Part shown: positions 1 through 12,338 of the stretch, one piece after another | Layout: every line of letters begins with the position of its first letter | Position numbering within the stretch: the stretch's first letter is position 1 | Source: Lingula anatina | Lineage: Eukaryota > Animalia > Brachiopoda | Direction of reading: 5' to 3' | Length of the DNA: 64,000 bases | NCBI GenBank assembly: GCA_051362555.1 | Contig: CM120640.1 | Location: 44,432,788-44,496,787, forward strand | The notes under the pieces: generated by a model | Databases searched by the model: none | Told to the model about the DNA's origin: nothing | Seen by the model: the letters and a program-made list of their open reading frames with translations, nothing else | Position numbers and translations under genes: made by a program

Positions 1-218
1 AAAGGCATGTTGCAGCTTTTGAAGTTATAGGACACTGCCCCTACTAAAAAATAATATTTTTATTCATAGTAAAAAATACAAGAAATGCCTGATCTAACTC
101 TAACTGTTAAACGGTAGAAGCCCTTTCATATAACAACAGAACATTTTGACAATTTGGACATGAAATCAGTAAGGCCATTTTTACATTGTAAGTTACACGT
201 ATCAAAACTCTTAGACTT

Positions 219-386
219 CAGGGGCGGATTTAGGTCGTCTTCTGGGTCTTCCGGAAGACGGTCAGATTTTTAAGTTTACATTGACGGGTATCTAATATTT
301 TCTGTCGGAAGACGGTCAAAAATTGAGGACAAATTAACAAAGATATTTTGGAAGACTGTCAGAAAATATCTCTGGATCCGCCCATG
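219..386. mobile_element. Non-autonomous DNA transposon (MITE) with 5-bp TSD, hAT5-like, copy 1
   Basis: Ends CAGGGGCGGATTTAG...CTGGATCCGCCCATG; direct repeat GACTT at 214-218 and 387-391; homologous to 52732-52902 in the opposite orientation. Confidence 0.8.
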
Positions 387-1726
387 GACTTGTCCTAACA
401 AGTAATTATACTACATGTTTTTTTTCTCACATTCATAAGTTTGCTTCCAACTGTTTGAACCAGTCAAAATTAATCTGGTGAACTGGCCATATTTCAAGCA
501 CACTGTAGGTGCCTTTCTTGCATAACAGCCCTTCTACTCAGTTGTCAATCTCCCTAAGTATTTCAATGCAGATACTTGTAATGCATGATGTGAAAAGGTC
601 CTTAATTATAGGCCAAGACTGTAAGACACACTTCATCTCCTCTCACTCAACCAAAGAAGTTTTTTTTGTCAAAGTATCCCACTTCACACAAATAATAAAC
701 CCATCTTTGGTGTCTTCTTTGATTACATCATATCAAGGAGATAATGTCATTGCCTCTGCAGACACTGAGCTTCAGCACAATTTACACACTAGGATTCTCG
801 GGCAGCAGTGGGCTTCACTTTAATCTCTTAAGTAACAGCAACTGCATGTGCTCTGCTTTAAAGTAATCCAATTGCATTTAAATACTAACAAGTTTACAAT
901 CAAAGACCTCCAGATATATGAAAAACCAATGAGCTGAACAACAAAATGATTTTTAAATTCATGTTCACAATTTGTCAACTGTAAAATAAAATGGCAATAA
1001 TTTATCCTTTTCCAGTCTACTAGACAGTAGTCACTTCTCACCAGTTATATTTTGCAGTTTTTTCTCAATTCACACTTATTAAAAAATCTCAACATGAGTC
1101 TTCATCATAAACTGCTGGACTTAATATTTAATGCAGTTATTGTTCCCAGTGACTTACAATATTACAAAGTCATCCTGAGCAATGAGAATACTCCTAGGCA
1201 CTTATTTCAATTAAAAAATAAAAACCATCTGGGAAATCTTAGTAGAAAGTGTCATGACTCTTTGTTGGAAGCCACCTAGACACGAAAATTAACCACTATG
1301 AATAAAATAGAGATCCTCTGCTTTTCGCTATGCCATCTTAGGCTCTGTAGAGAAGACAGAATTACACTGAACAAAACAACATGTCACTGCTTTTCCCGTT
1401 ATATCAAAGAGCGGTTGCAGCAACAGAAAGCCAGACAGTAATACAGCAGTTTATGACCAGAAATTCAATCTGTTATCAACATTTCTCTAAACCAATGTAA
1501 ATGTAATTATGTTAATTGGTCAAGGCTAAATTACTTTTCCAATTGCCAAATAGCACAGGGATAACTTACATATAAATGTGATGATCTTTTTCTAGGTGCA
1601 ATTTCACTTGAGGAAGCTGGCATTTTTTTTCTAAATTCAATATGGTTCAACACCCTTGACAGAGATCTAATTTTCTGCAAAATGTTAATGGTTTCTGTAG
1701 ACACATCCTGAAAAAAAAACACCTAC

Positions 1727-4700
1727 CCTGTGTATTTCCTTCAATAAGTGTTTGGCAGCGTCTTTTCCCAAATCCTCAGGAACTGTAGGCCCTGCCTCAG
1801 AGCCTTTGACATTGGAAGCAAGCTCAGCTGTTAGGAAAGCACCATTAGTTGTCTCTGCAACAAGTGTTAAACCAAAGCCTGGAGACCTATAAAACAAAAT
1901 AGTCTGTTTAAAAAACATTGGCAAGTGAATGGATTGTAGTCAACTTGTCATCAATTACCAAGGTGTTCAACTACTGTTTGTGAATTTATCAATGCAACAA
2001 AATACACTTGTGCAAAAGTGCATATATTTTTTTTAGTTAAGCATGCTTTTTAAAAGAAGTACTTGAATCTTAAACACTATGGAAAACTGTCATTTAAAAA
2101 AATCTACATGAATGCAAACTTACTTTCCAGATTGACTTCCTTTTTGATGATCGGTGTATATGTATATATCAGCTAAACACTGGTTTAAAACACTTCTTAC
2201 AGAATCCACCATTCTGTTTGTAACTGCAGGAGACACACGTGTTGCCCAGCTGACAACTGGTTAAGGAGGCTTAATTCTTCATTTCATGTTACATGTTTAA
2301 CTCAACTACTTTCAAGTTCACTTTTGACCATTGCTGACACTTTTGAGTGAAGGCAGAAACAGTTACTTCCAAAAAATACCTGATCTGAATTTTAAACCTG
2401 AAGGAGGACCTCTTTTCATCCCAGAAAAATCATCGTGCTTTATGTTAAAGATGCAAAATATATAAACAAATTCAAACCAGTTTATATAAATTGTAATATA
2501 TCTGTTTAGACTTAAATCTTATCTTTCAATTCATCCAAGAATCTTAGTTATTTACTTCTTATTAAAGATACGCCACACCCCGTATTCTCTTCACTTTGCC
2601 TGGATCTGTGAACTGAACTGGGCGTAGTTTCTGTCTGGTGGGACACTTAAAGATAACCTCCCCTCCTCCTTCAGGGGCTGCCCCACGTTTGATTATCTGA
2701 AAGAAGTCAATGATAAGAGACATCAGACAACAATTTAACATATGCTTGCTAATTCGAAAATAATGAATTTGAGATGCACTTTAGTTCAAGTCCAATGGGC
2801 TCCCCAACTGTGTTGTCTAAATATGTATGTACTTGAAGGGAACTTGGGCATTGTTCACATGAAAAATCCAAATTCCAAAAAACCATTGGCGGTATCTAGT
2901 GTTCACGGTCTGTACCCTGAATAATTAACTAGCAGAGCGAGCGATTTACTTCCAAAGCTGTAATTTAATCTCCGTTGCACTCGGAGGAGATTTTGACACC
3001 TGGACACATGAGCAGTAATAATTTAGAGAGAAAGAAAATGGCAGTTGCGGTTGCTTTGAAAAATGTGTTTGTCGATTTTGTGCAACAACAAGATGTTGAA
3101 AATGAGGTCCATATACACATGACAGATATGAGTGCAACCTTCATAATCTGATGGCAAGAGATACTACTGTGCATGCGTTCAGGTGTCAGAATCTCCTCCG
3201 AGCGCAGCCGAGAATTAATTACAGCTTTGGAAACTACTTGCTCACGCTGCTAGTTAATTACGCGGTGGGGTATTCAGGGCACAGACCATGATCACTAGAT
3301 ACCGCCAATGGATTTGTAGATTTTTGGAATTTGGATTTTTCATGTGAACGATGCCTTAAATTTACCACAGGCACTATTGGTCAATGTTATATCTTCCAAT
3401 CCATATATTGCATAATAAAATGGGGAAACAAACAGTTATTACATCATCTTTCTTTTGGTATACAGCATGTTGATGAGATGACTCATTTGGTGAAGTCAAT
3501 AACCTCCTCTTTGCATACACCCTTTAAGTATGAAAGCCAGTAGTACACAAGCACAAAATCACATTTCTTGTTCACAGAGAAACATTCAAGGGAAACACAA
3601 CATTCTATTGATTTATTCCTGATTTTAGTTGGCCTCCGCCCTGTTTCAAACCAAGACCTATGTAAGGTTCTGTTTCAATTAAGTTTTCTTTGTGTTCCAT
3701 CGTAAGATGGGTTGAGTTTGTAAAACTCCAACAGTCTATTCTGCACCACATAACGGACACACACGCAAACACACACAATGAGAACAGTTCCCATTTCACT
3801 TTATAATTCCTTTTTTCCTTGCTTCATTGTTCAATGTGGGTGTTACTTTCAGTTGCTTGGTTAGCATTATATTACAGTTAATAAGCAGAACATGAGAAGC
3901 GTGACAGTTGCTTTTCAAGAGATAAAGCAGTATTTTCTAAAAGTTCTTCATAAAAAATGAAGACATGACATGTATTGAATCTTAAAAAATGAAAAAAAAA
4001 ACAATTGGTTTTATATTTCAACAAATTAAACAAAAAGCTGCCCAAAGCTAAATTTATTGCATATCAATGATAAACTGGCTTTATTCAAAACCAACAAAAA
4101 CTGTTCTAGCCAAATATTACTGCCTGCAATATGATGAGATGTATCCTAACTACCACCAATACATATCTCTTCCAAACATCTTTATCTCTACTAATTTTGT
4201 CTTGCCATTTTTCAAAATAATGGGTGTTGCCATCATACTGTTACACATTCATTGTACATAATTCATTGTTCAGTTATCTTATTTCCCACCCCACCCATGA
4301 GTCACCGCTATTCCCAAAACTAAGTTTGATAGAAAAAATAATAGGAATCACCTGAGATGCAACAAGAAATACCTTTGAGGTAATGTCAACTTTTTAGGGA
4401 TTAGGGAGACACTCTATGGGCTGGAAATGTTCTCTCAGAAGGCAATACAAAAGTGAAACCTAAAAACCTGGCAAATTCACAATGTTGTGCAATAGACAGT
4501 AATTCCACAGAGCTCATAAGAAGTTATACTGTACAAGTTTGAAAATTCCCCAAAGTAGAATTTTCTATGTCTACATATCCTGCAAAGCTACTTATCTTTC
4601 AGACTTTAAAAACTAAATAACAAATAAAAGTCCCTGATGCCGATAGTTCCTTTTGAAATGTACAGTAAGAAATGGTGCTCTAAAAATGGAACAAAACATC

Positions 4701-7700
4701 AAAACCAAAGTGCAAGGACTGGTCATGCAATTATTTGTGAGCAGGATAAAGTTGATTTCTCTCCCAACTCCCAGGAAAAATTAATCATTTTGTAAGGTAA
4801 ATCTCATATAGAGTACCTTTAATAAAAAACAAGCAGGGCCTAAGGAAAAGTTGTCCAATGCTGTGTATGGTATAAGATGTAATGACAGTGAAATCAAGAC
4901 TCACATGTGGGGGAAATAAAAGAGCAGCATGTACCAATACAGATGCCATGGCTCAGGTGACACATACCTTTCAGCACCTACCAAACTCCAGCCGTACTTT
5001 TGACATGAATGATGTTATGATCCTGGACAAAAAGGAGTCCTGACTGGCTCAGACACAGGTGAAAGAGACCATTCATGAGCGGGCTCAAAAACCCAGCCTT
5101 AACAAGCAAGGGGGCCTGAGATACCAAATACCAAATCTGTGGGCCCCGAGCCCTATGAAATATCATGATCTCTGTTTCAACATAAGATCCAGTATTAGAA
5201 TTAGTATTTTTCATTATCTTAGTACTGGTAGAATATAACTTGATGAATCAAACCTTTCACTTTGATAACAGAAAATGTGACTTTGGGATGTTTCCAAATG
5301 TCAAAAGTATACAATTAACAAGTGATTTTTTTAAAATTGGAAGTTTCAAATTAGTGCCTTTAAGCATCCCTTTTGAATTTTTTCATCTACTGATTGATAA
5401 TAGAGGGATAATTTCTAGTTTTGTTGCCCTTTAGATGATTTACCTTTAATTCCAATCCTTCATCTGTGCCAAGAAACTTCTTCAGTACAGGAAAGGTAGA
5501 TAACTTTATTTGGTCCACCTTGAATAAAACAAAATGACAGATACATTATTTGACATCATCCACTGTCTCAGCACATGAAATCCAAAATAGAGCCATTCAA
5601 TAAAACAAAACTGATTGATTCTAAATTCACAGTTATTTTGCATTTCTTTTTTTGGTGATGAATTAGTTTTTGTTCCTTTTTAACCAAAGACAGTAAATGC
5701 ATGCTCATCCATCCATCCATACATACATACATACATTGCTTTACTGGAAGTTATGCCATTTGGGCACTGTGGAACAGTAAATAAAAAAGAGCACATACAT
5801 GCTACAATATTTACAAAGCCACAATTTGAACAGCCATCCATTAAAACCCCAAGGTTTAGATAAGTCACATACACATACTAAAAATAGTTATTACTGTCTT
5901 TGTCTATAATAAACAACCTGTGTTTGTAATAAAGCTAAACCAGTATCTCCTGTTACTTAATACTCACTGATGGATCAATTTGATCATTGGTTATTCCCCT
6001 CAAGACGGCATGGATTGGCGTCTTGGAAAATGGTGCCAAGCACACTAAAGCCTCCAGGTAATACCCTATGGCTCTCTGTAAACTGCAGTCATGTTCTATT
6101 GACCCTCCTGGCAGCAGTCCAGGTTGGTAGAACATGGAGGTGCCTGGAGTTCGGATAGAGAATATAATTAACAAAACTAAGAGGTATAGGACATTCAACT
6201 TGTTTTTTTTTAATTCCTGGATAGATTAATGTAAGATTTGGTTGTGTAAAGTAATCAAGAAATTAATCGTTTTAAAAGAATGAAATATGTACTTGGTATG
6301 CAATATAGACTTCACCGTAAGTGATGTACATACCACTCAACCTGTCATGGACTGCTGGACTTAACATGAAAATCAATGCATTAGCACACCTACATGCATT
6401 TTTAATATTTTCATTTCTATAATTAACAATGCCACATTGCCAATCAATTTTGCCATCAAGAAAATAAGATTCATCTGCTAGCCTACCAAAAATTGGTTGG
6501 CTTTTCAGCAGTGTTTGACTTGAGCGGGTGAGAGGTAAGAAAAAGATCTGAGGACCTTCATCCATGTATCTTGGTGGTTGTACTAGCAGAACATCACTTT
6601 ACATTATCTATAACTATATCCTCCATGCGTTAATATACTACATATCAAAAAGCTAAAAGGAGTGCTAACACGTAGCAATTTTATGCTATGCTGAGCTGCT
6701 AACTTCTACTGTAATTGTTCAGTTCTTCTATTGCTTCAAACATTGCACATCAATATTAGGTATACATGTAAATCAGCTATTTAGTATTACTCGATTCCCT
6801 ACAGGCAACAGGTACTAATACCATAATCTTGAAACATTAACTAATATCCAGATTTAGGTATGATCACTGTAAACACAATACTCAGAAGTCAAATCAAACT
6901 CAACTGAAAGATGCCAGTTGTCATTTTTACCTGTTTCATTCACTTCTATCCTTGATCCATTGGTCAGCTTGTCAAGAAGCCTTATAAAACTAGCTTCAAA
7001 TTCTGCAAATGAAAAGGTTTTAACATGATACATACTGTTACTTATCATCAGTTCAAAATTTTAAGTTAGTGTATGGGTTTACATGTTATCAATTCATACC
7101 ATGTCAATTCTAATATGATACATGAATATATAAGACATGTATTTCTTGTTAGCAAAATCATAATGTTTCTTAATTTTTTCCCTCAAATTTAATTTTGATT
7201 TTAAATGCAGATAAAAGGACCATTTCGTTTATTTTCTTACTTTTTATCATGAATGTGGTAAACTGTGGCTTATATTTTTATCATGCCCCACTTTGATATC
7301 AATGAAGAATATCATTGTTATTATTACAGAGACAATGAAGTCTTAAAACAGAATTTCATCACCAACATTTCTATTTTACAGTATATAATTCCTGTTTTAC
7401 TATAGCATAAAAGAGAGAAGTACAGTAAAAATATAATAAAATACCACTGGTGATCTACATATTACTGGTTTTTGTTTTTTTTTCTTTTGGGCAATCAATG
7501 ACAGCTATTCATAATAATGTAGGGCTCACGTGTTCCATGTCTGTGGATAGGCATTCAATGGGCTTCTGAAGCAGTTTCGCATTATTATTATCGTGATTTG
7601 TGGACAGATTGGCAACAAAAATTTGTGATTTTTCAGAAGTGCAAGACAGGTGAAGGTTTAAGTTAAGAGGTTTGCTTGGAAACCTTTCAGTTGGTGTCTC

Positions 7701-8595
7701 CCAAACCACAATGCATCTTTTCTGCACCTACATCTTTCTTTCTGTGAAACATTATTGTCATGTGAAACTTACTACGTAGAAGTTGAATACATACTGTAGG
7801 ACAGGAGTACCAGAGTTGTAGAGTCTATAGACCTATATGTTAGGTATATATCAAAATGCACCAGAGGTGCCACAATCATGTCCTGTATCATCACTGGCCA
7901 GCCTGTGACCAGCGACCACTGAGGCACCTCGTTTAACAACCTATACAAAAATCTTCTCTGCCTACTTTTTGTACTTTGTGAAAGTAAAGAATTATTTGTG
8001 ATCTTATGCAACAAACCCCATGAAAATTGATCAAGGCAAAGTATGTTTTAAGTAGGCACAAAAGCACTCAGTGGTCACAGCTTCCTGGCTGAAATGGGAA
8101 GACACAATTGCCCTAATATCGCTATTTTAATAAAACTGTGATATTTCGTTCAATTTTAGAGATAACATCAAAATTCCATAAGTATAACATTCTGCATAAA
8201 AAGACCTTCAGAAGATAAAACAGATATATATACAGGGTTCAACCCTAAAAACAAGTTTTATTGGATAAGTTTGTCCCAGTTGGCTTTATTGAGTCATTTG
8301 CTGTGTATCTGAGGCCAGTTTAAGGTCTTACTTTACTGAGAGATTAATCATTTCATTAGTTTAGATTCACCTGAAGCAATGCCAATGGGTATCAGTGACT
8401 GACAGTACGGAGTCACACCAGTGTTACCCTAAGTGGACAACTTTTGAATTAGACCGTTTACAAACCTCTGATGCCTGGGTCGTCATCTTTGGACCGTATC
8501 TTTTTTATTTTAACAGCTTTACCGCTCAAAGTTGCTAAAATCAACCTCTGGCGAAAGAAATTTGACCCCTCGAAACTTCGCATGTTTGATGCCAT
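1727..8595 (-). CDS. RCL1: RNA 3'-terminal phosphate cyclase-like protein (18S rRNA processing), 3'-partial
   Basis: Exons (minus): 8595-8466, 7002-6931, 6143-5968, 5518-5444, 2696-2572, 2249-2124, 1886-1727; all junctions GT-AG with consistent phase. Protein MASNMRSFEGSNFFRQRLILATLSGKAVKIKKIRSKDDDPGIREFEASFIRLLDKLTNGSRIEVNETGTSMFYQPGLLPGGSIEHDC...TDPGKVKRIRGVAWATRVSP...SPGFGLTLVAET...EIHR is collinear with human RCL1 as I recall it. The C-terminal exons (GGCVDS...) are not found in 1-1726. Confidence 0.96.
2250..2571 (-). other. U12-type (minor spliceosome) GT-AG intron in RCL1
   Basis: Donor GC|GTATCTTTAA (U12 consensus RTATCCTTT); branch site TCCTTAAC at 2267-2260, then CAGTTGTCAG| with no polypyrimidine tract; phase 2. 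Confidence 0.88.
2847..3355. mobile_element. Foldback MITE with about 170-bp inverted arms (PIF/Harbinger-like) in RCL1 intron 4
   Basis: Left GGCATTGTTCACATGAAAAATCCAAATTCCAAAA...CCATTGGCGGTATCTAGTG...CTCGGAGGAGATTTTGACACCTG mirrors right CAGGTGTCAGAATCTCCTCCGAG...CACTAGATACCGCCAATGG...TTTGGATTTTTCATGTGAACGATGCC; flanks TTG/TTA. Confidence 0.8.
4842..5152 (+). mobile_element. Decayed Penelope-like retroelement fragment (GIY-YIG endonuclease region)
   Basis: Frameshifted translation KEKLSNAVYGIRC / HVGEIKE / MYQYR / QHLPNSSRTFDMNDVMILDKKES*LAQTQVKETIHERAQKPSLNKQGGLRYQIPNLW follows the Penelope/Poseidon pattern (NVVY.I.C, YIGET, RM.QH, V.ILD.E, VKEAI, PSLNR.GGLR). Confidence 0.8.
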
Positions 8596-8973
8596 GCTTG
8601 TTAATGGTAAGCGAAGCCACGATATTAATAGATTTCAGTTTCGATCATTTATTGTCAATTTTTTAATCTTTTTAGGAAAAAAATTAAAAATACTCTATAT
8701 ACAAATTATACAAATATGCATTTAAGCGTTATTTTCTTCTACATATCATGAAATTAACGCACAGACACTCCTTTTTAAATTATGCCGAAGCTGAACTACA
8801 GCTTAGTAGATAGCGTTGGAAGGTGAAGGTCACACAATTTGGTGTACACACAACTTCTGTGTCAGCAGAATCCTATGAATTAAAAGCCCTCTTTTTGTGG
8901 CTACTGTACATTTTTCTGTCACTCAAAACATACGAAATCATAATGTTAAGTCCATAATGTATACTGAACCACA
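8596..8973. promoter_or_regulatory. Putative bidirectional promoter between RCL1 and ERCC8
   Basis: Only 378 bp separate the divergent start codons (8595 minus, 8974 plus); CpG is locally more frequent (about 8400-9150) than in the flanking introns. Confidence 0.8.
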
Positions 8974-9966
8974 ATGTCCTCCTTGGTGGGTTATTTAGCC
9001 TACAGAGAACAAGGAATCTATCCTCCAAGCTTTCTCAGTAGAGCGGAGACGGTGAAGAGGGCTTTTAGTTTGGGTCTCAGCAAATACAAAGATCTGGAAG
9101 AAGTTCATAGAGGAGGCGTAACGTCTCTTGACATTGATCCGGCCGAAGGTAGATTGTAAGTATTGAAATATTTGTTTGTTTGCTCAAATTATTTTCTTGC
9201 CCATTAAAAGTTATCCCTAGCTAATTGAGCAAAGAAAGCATCCTGCCAAAATACATTTACACTTACATGTACAGTATCTTCACTTAACAAGTGTTGTCAA
9301 AATGGGTATGTCTCAGATATGCTTTCTATGGATAGCTGTCAAGTAAAATGGAACTTTGTTCAAAATCATTTTCAAAAGGAATACCAAAATCATTATTTGG
9401 AGTTTTAAGGAAATTGAGAGATATGACTATAATTACAAGGAGAAGAAATAATTTAGATGACTACATGTAATTTTCCAGTGGAACTTTGAACCATTGCATA
9501 CTTGGCAAGTGCAACAAAAATCTATTTCTTATGCCATCATATGATTTAAATCTGCAGATCTACTGGTACCCGTGTAAGACCTTTATTCCATTATCTAATA
9601 CTTTCCATTTTAGCCTTTTATCTGGAAGTTCAAGTGGAGAGGTTGTCATTCATGATCTTCATAATACAACAGGATCTCTAAAATACACATTCAAATGTGT
9701 GGCACACGTAAAACGTCCCATAGGAAGGGGCAGGCAGAATGTGTCCACTCATGCACACTCAGGGAGCGTGGAAACTGCACAGTGGTACCCTTTAGACACA
9801 GGCATGTTCCTGACCAGTGGGATGGATTCAAAACTGAAAATATGGGATGCAAATGCATTAGTTGTGAGTACCTAGTTCACAGATGATTGTTTGTTTTAAT
9901 ATCCTCTACTTTAACAGATGGTGCTGTTCAGTAAATGAAATATGTTTTAAATGGAAACACACACAT

Positions 9967-10008
<42 letters not shown>

Positions 10009-11348
10009 CCCCAGCACATACAAAGTGGTATAGACACATACATACATTTCAATTCATGTCCAAAGCCATTTGTTGCAGCCAGCAGACAGTTATGAGTTTG
10101 ACAGCAGCGTCTACTGTCACGATATGTCACCAATAGCAACCAAACACACTCTGGTGGCCTGCGGAATAAAAGGGCGCATCAAGTTAATTGACCTCAGATC
10201 AGGCTCCGCCAGTCACACATTGCAGGGGCATAGGAGGACTGTGTATACTCTGAAATGGTCAACACGTGAGCCATATGTACTGGCCAGTGGAGGGTAAGTT
10301 GCCTGTCATGGTTTCTTTTAAAATGATCAGATTAATAAATTATCCAGTGATATTGTGTGTCTTATCTTTAGTTTGTGTTGACAGATTCATTGGGCAAATA
10401 TAACTTTCAATAGTTTATGCCCATTGTAGCTAGTAATGAAAAAAAAAAGAAAAGTGGTTGATAATTGATATTTTTTGTTTCTTTTGTTTCTTTTTTTTTT
10501 GCATTTAACAATGTGTATGATGCTGCTGTTCTGTTAATAAGTCATTTATGGTGATATTTTTAATTTCAGGGCAGACAGCAGAGTCTTGCTGTGGGACATA
10601 CGGAGTGCTAAAGGCAGCTTCATGAAGTTAGATCAACATAATGGAGCATCACAAAGTGGAAGCTCTGAACAAAGTAGGTGTTTTCTGTCCACATGTATTT
10701 TGTAATTTTGTACATACAGTTTTTAAATTTAAAAATGGAATGAATGAAAAATTTTGTTACTGTTTTTATAAGCTTCTTAGATGAATTTTTGATATATATA
10801 ATCTTCATTTTCTAGCATCTACAGCACACAGTGGTGCAGTTAACGGCATGTGTTTCACCAGCGATGGTCTCTTCCTTGTAACCTTTGGCACTGATGAAAG
10901 GTTAAGACTTTGGAACACTTCAAATGGGAAAAACACTATGGTCAACTATGGAAAGATCAATAATGAGAATGAGAAATCAGTCCAAGTTGCCATATCAAAT
11001 TCTTGTGATCCCACACTGGTCTATGTCCCAGAGTTTGCCGATGTGGCAGTGTATGATATGTTCAGTGGAGAGCGCTATCATACTTTACGTGGGCACTATC
11101 ACCAGGTGACGTCCTGTGCCATTCACCCCAATACACATGATCTGTACTCGGGGTCCTTAGACAGAAATATATTGCAATGGACAGCAGATAGGGACTCTGT
11201 GGAAGAGGCTCTCTATCAGCATGAACATCCAGGGAAAGATGATGGAGGTGAAGGAAAAACCGTCGGTAGAACTAGTCAAGTTAATGCTGATGAATGGAGT
11301 AGTGATGAGGAGGAGTTAATTAATGTGCCGCTAGAACAGTTTTTATAG
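8974..11348 (+). CDS. ERCC8: DNA excision repair protein ERCC-8 (Cockayne syndrome A, WD40 repeat protein)
   Basis: Exons 8974-9155, 9614-9863, 10079-10293, 10570-10673, 10816-11348; 1284 nt = 427 aa + TAG; all GT-AG. Motifs DIDPAEGRFLLSG, SVETAQWYPLDTGMF, DLRSGSASHTLQGHR, TAHSGAVNGMCFTSDG, NTMVNYGKI, LYSGSLDRNIL and acidic tail DEWSSDEEE match CSA. Confidence 0.96.
9957..10006. repeat. (CA)n microsatellite in ERCC8 intron 2
   Basis: Read directly. Confidence 0.95.
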
Positions 11349-12229
11349 CATTAATAAGGTAGAAATTATGATGGTGACATTGCAGTTCGATGATACAGGA
11401 TATTTTACCGACATTTTGACGGGAACACTATATATCTTTGTCATTGGAATGTGCTTGTCTTTTGATGAATTTTCCATATATTTTGTAAGGGATTGCATCT
11501 AAATGTAACATTTTTCATATCATGCAAAATTTTTGTATTGATATATTTTAGAAACAGATTGGATTAGGCACGTCACAAAAACAGTGCAAATCACTGAAAA
11601 TGATTAATAATGTACTGTAGATATTTACCTGTAGAAAATCTCATATTAGATTGAACAATAGTGTATAACTGCACCAAGTTAACATTGTGGACAAGTGCCG
11701 CCTATATGTTAATATAATTAACATTTTTTTTAATTTGAAGATTGAAAATTGATAACACATCGTCAGAAGTAAATAAGATCTAAAAAACGATCTCTACGGC
11801 CGCCAAATATTCTCACACGACTTAAATCATGTCAGGAATGTACTAAGTTGCTCTATATACAGGCAACGAATTTATAAACACTTCTTAACAATAGACAGTT
11901 AATTTTGGTACTTGTATGGCATGAAGATGAAACTGTCTTCATGCAAACGCCAAATCCCGCGATTTCAGGGAAGTTGGCAATGCTGTGTTACAGTATTTAT
12001 CTTAATGTCTATTTTCCCTCAAACCAAACAGACAGAAGGGAGGTTGGTCTGTTTACCGGCATTTCGAAACGCTCATCAAGTTGCAAAAAAAAGTAAATAA
12101 AAATAAAAGATATATTGAATTAAAAATGACCGTCTCTTTTTAATTCCATTCCGAGTGGGACTGCGTAAAAATTGGACGTAACGTCGTTTATGACGTTGAA
12201 AGTTGCTAACTTCTTTTAGCGTCACAGTC

Positions 12230-12243
12230 GTTTCCATGACGAA
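12230..12243 (+). promoter_or_regulatory. Candidate RFX X-box upstream of CCDC169
   Basis: GTTTCCATGACGAA about 100 bp before the ATG; imperfect match to GTYNCC-AT-RGNAAC. Confidence 0.35.
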
Positions 12244-12338
12244 AAGAAAGCAAGGGCGTAAAATGCAGAAGTGAGGGCTTTTGATAACAGTAACGCTTTG
12301 TCTCCATAACATGGAGTGATTAGTAATTAAGAAAGCAA

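Noticed and set aside
509-1279. ORFs of 73-104 aa in RCL1 intron 7
   Set aside because: No recognisable homology, mostly non-ATG starts; typical chance ORFs.
1531-1726. After RCL1 exon 7, GTAGGTG(T)9CAG looks like a 19-nt intron, and the next bases translate as GCVYRNH or QDVS..., echoing RCL1 GGCVDSTNQ and QDVSK
   Set aside because: 19 nt is too short for normal splicing and the similarity ends after 3-4 residues; the true exons probably lie left of the window.
2697-8465. Search for intronic C/D-box snoRNAs in RCL1
   Set aside because: No properly spaced RTGATGA...CTGA pair with a terminal stem seen by eye; an Infernal/Rfam scan would be needed to exclude one.
9883-10139. His/Thr and Cys/Val repeat ORFs
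   Set aside because: Translations of the (CA)n microsatellite.
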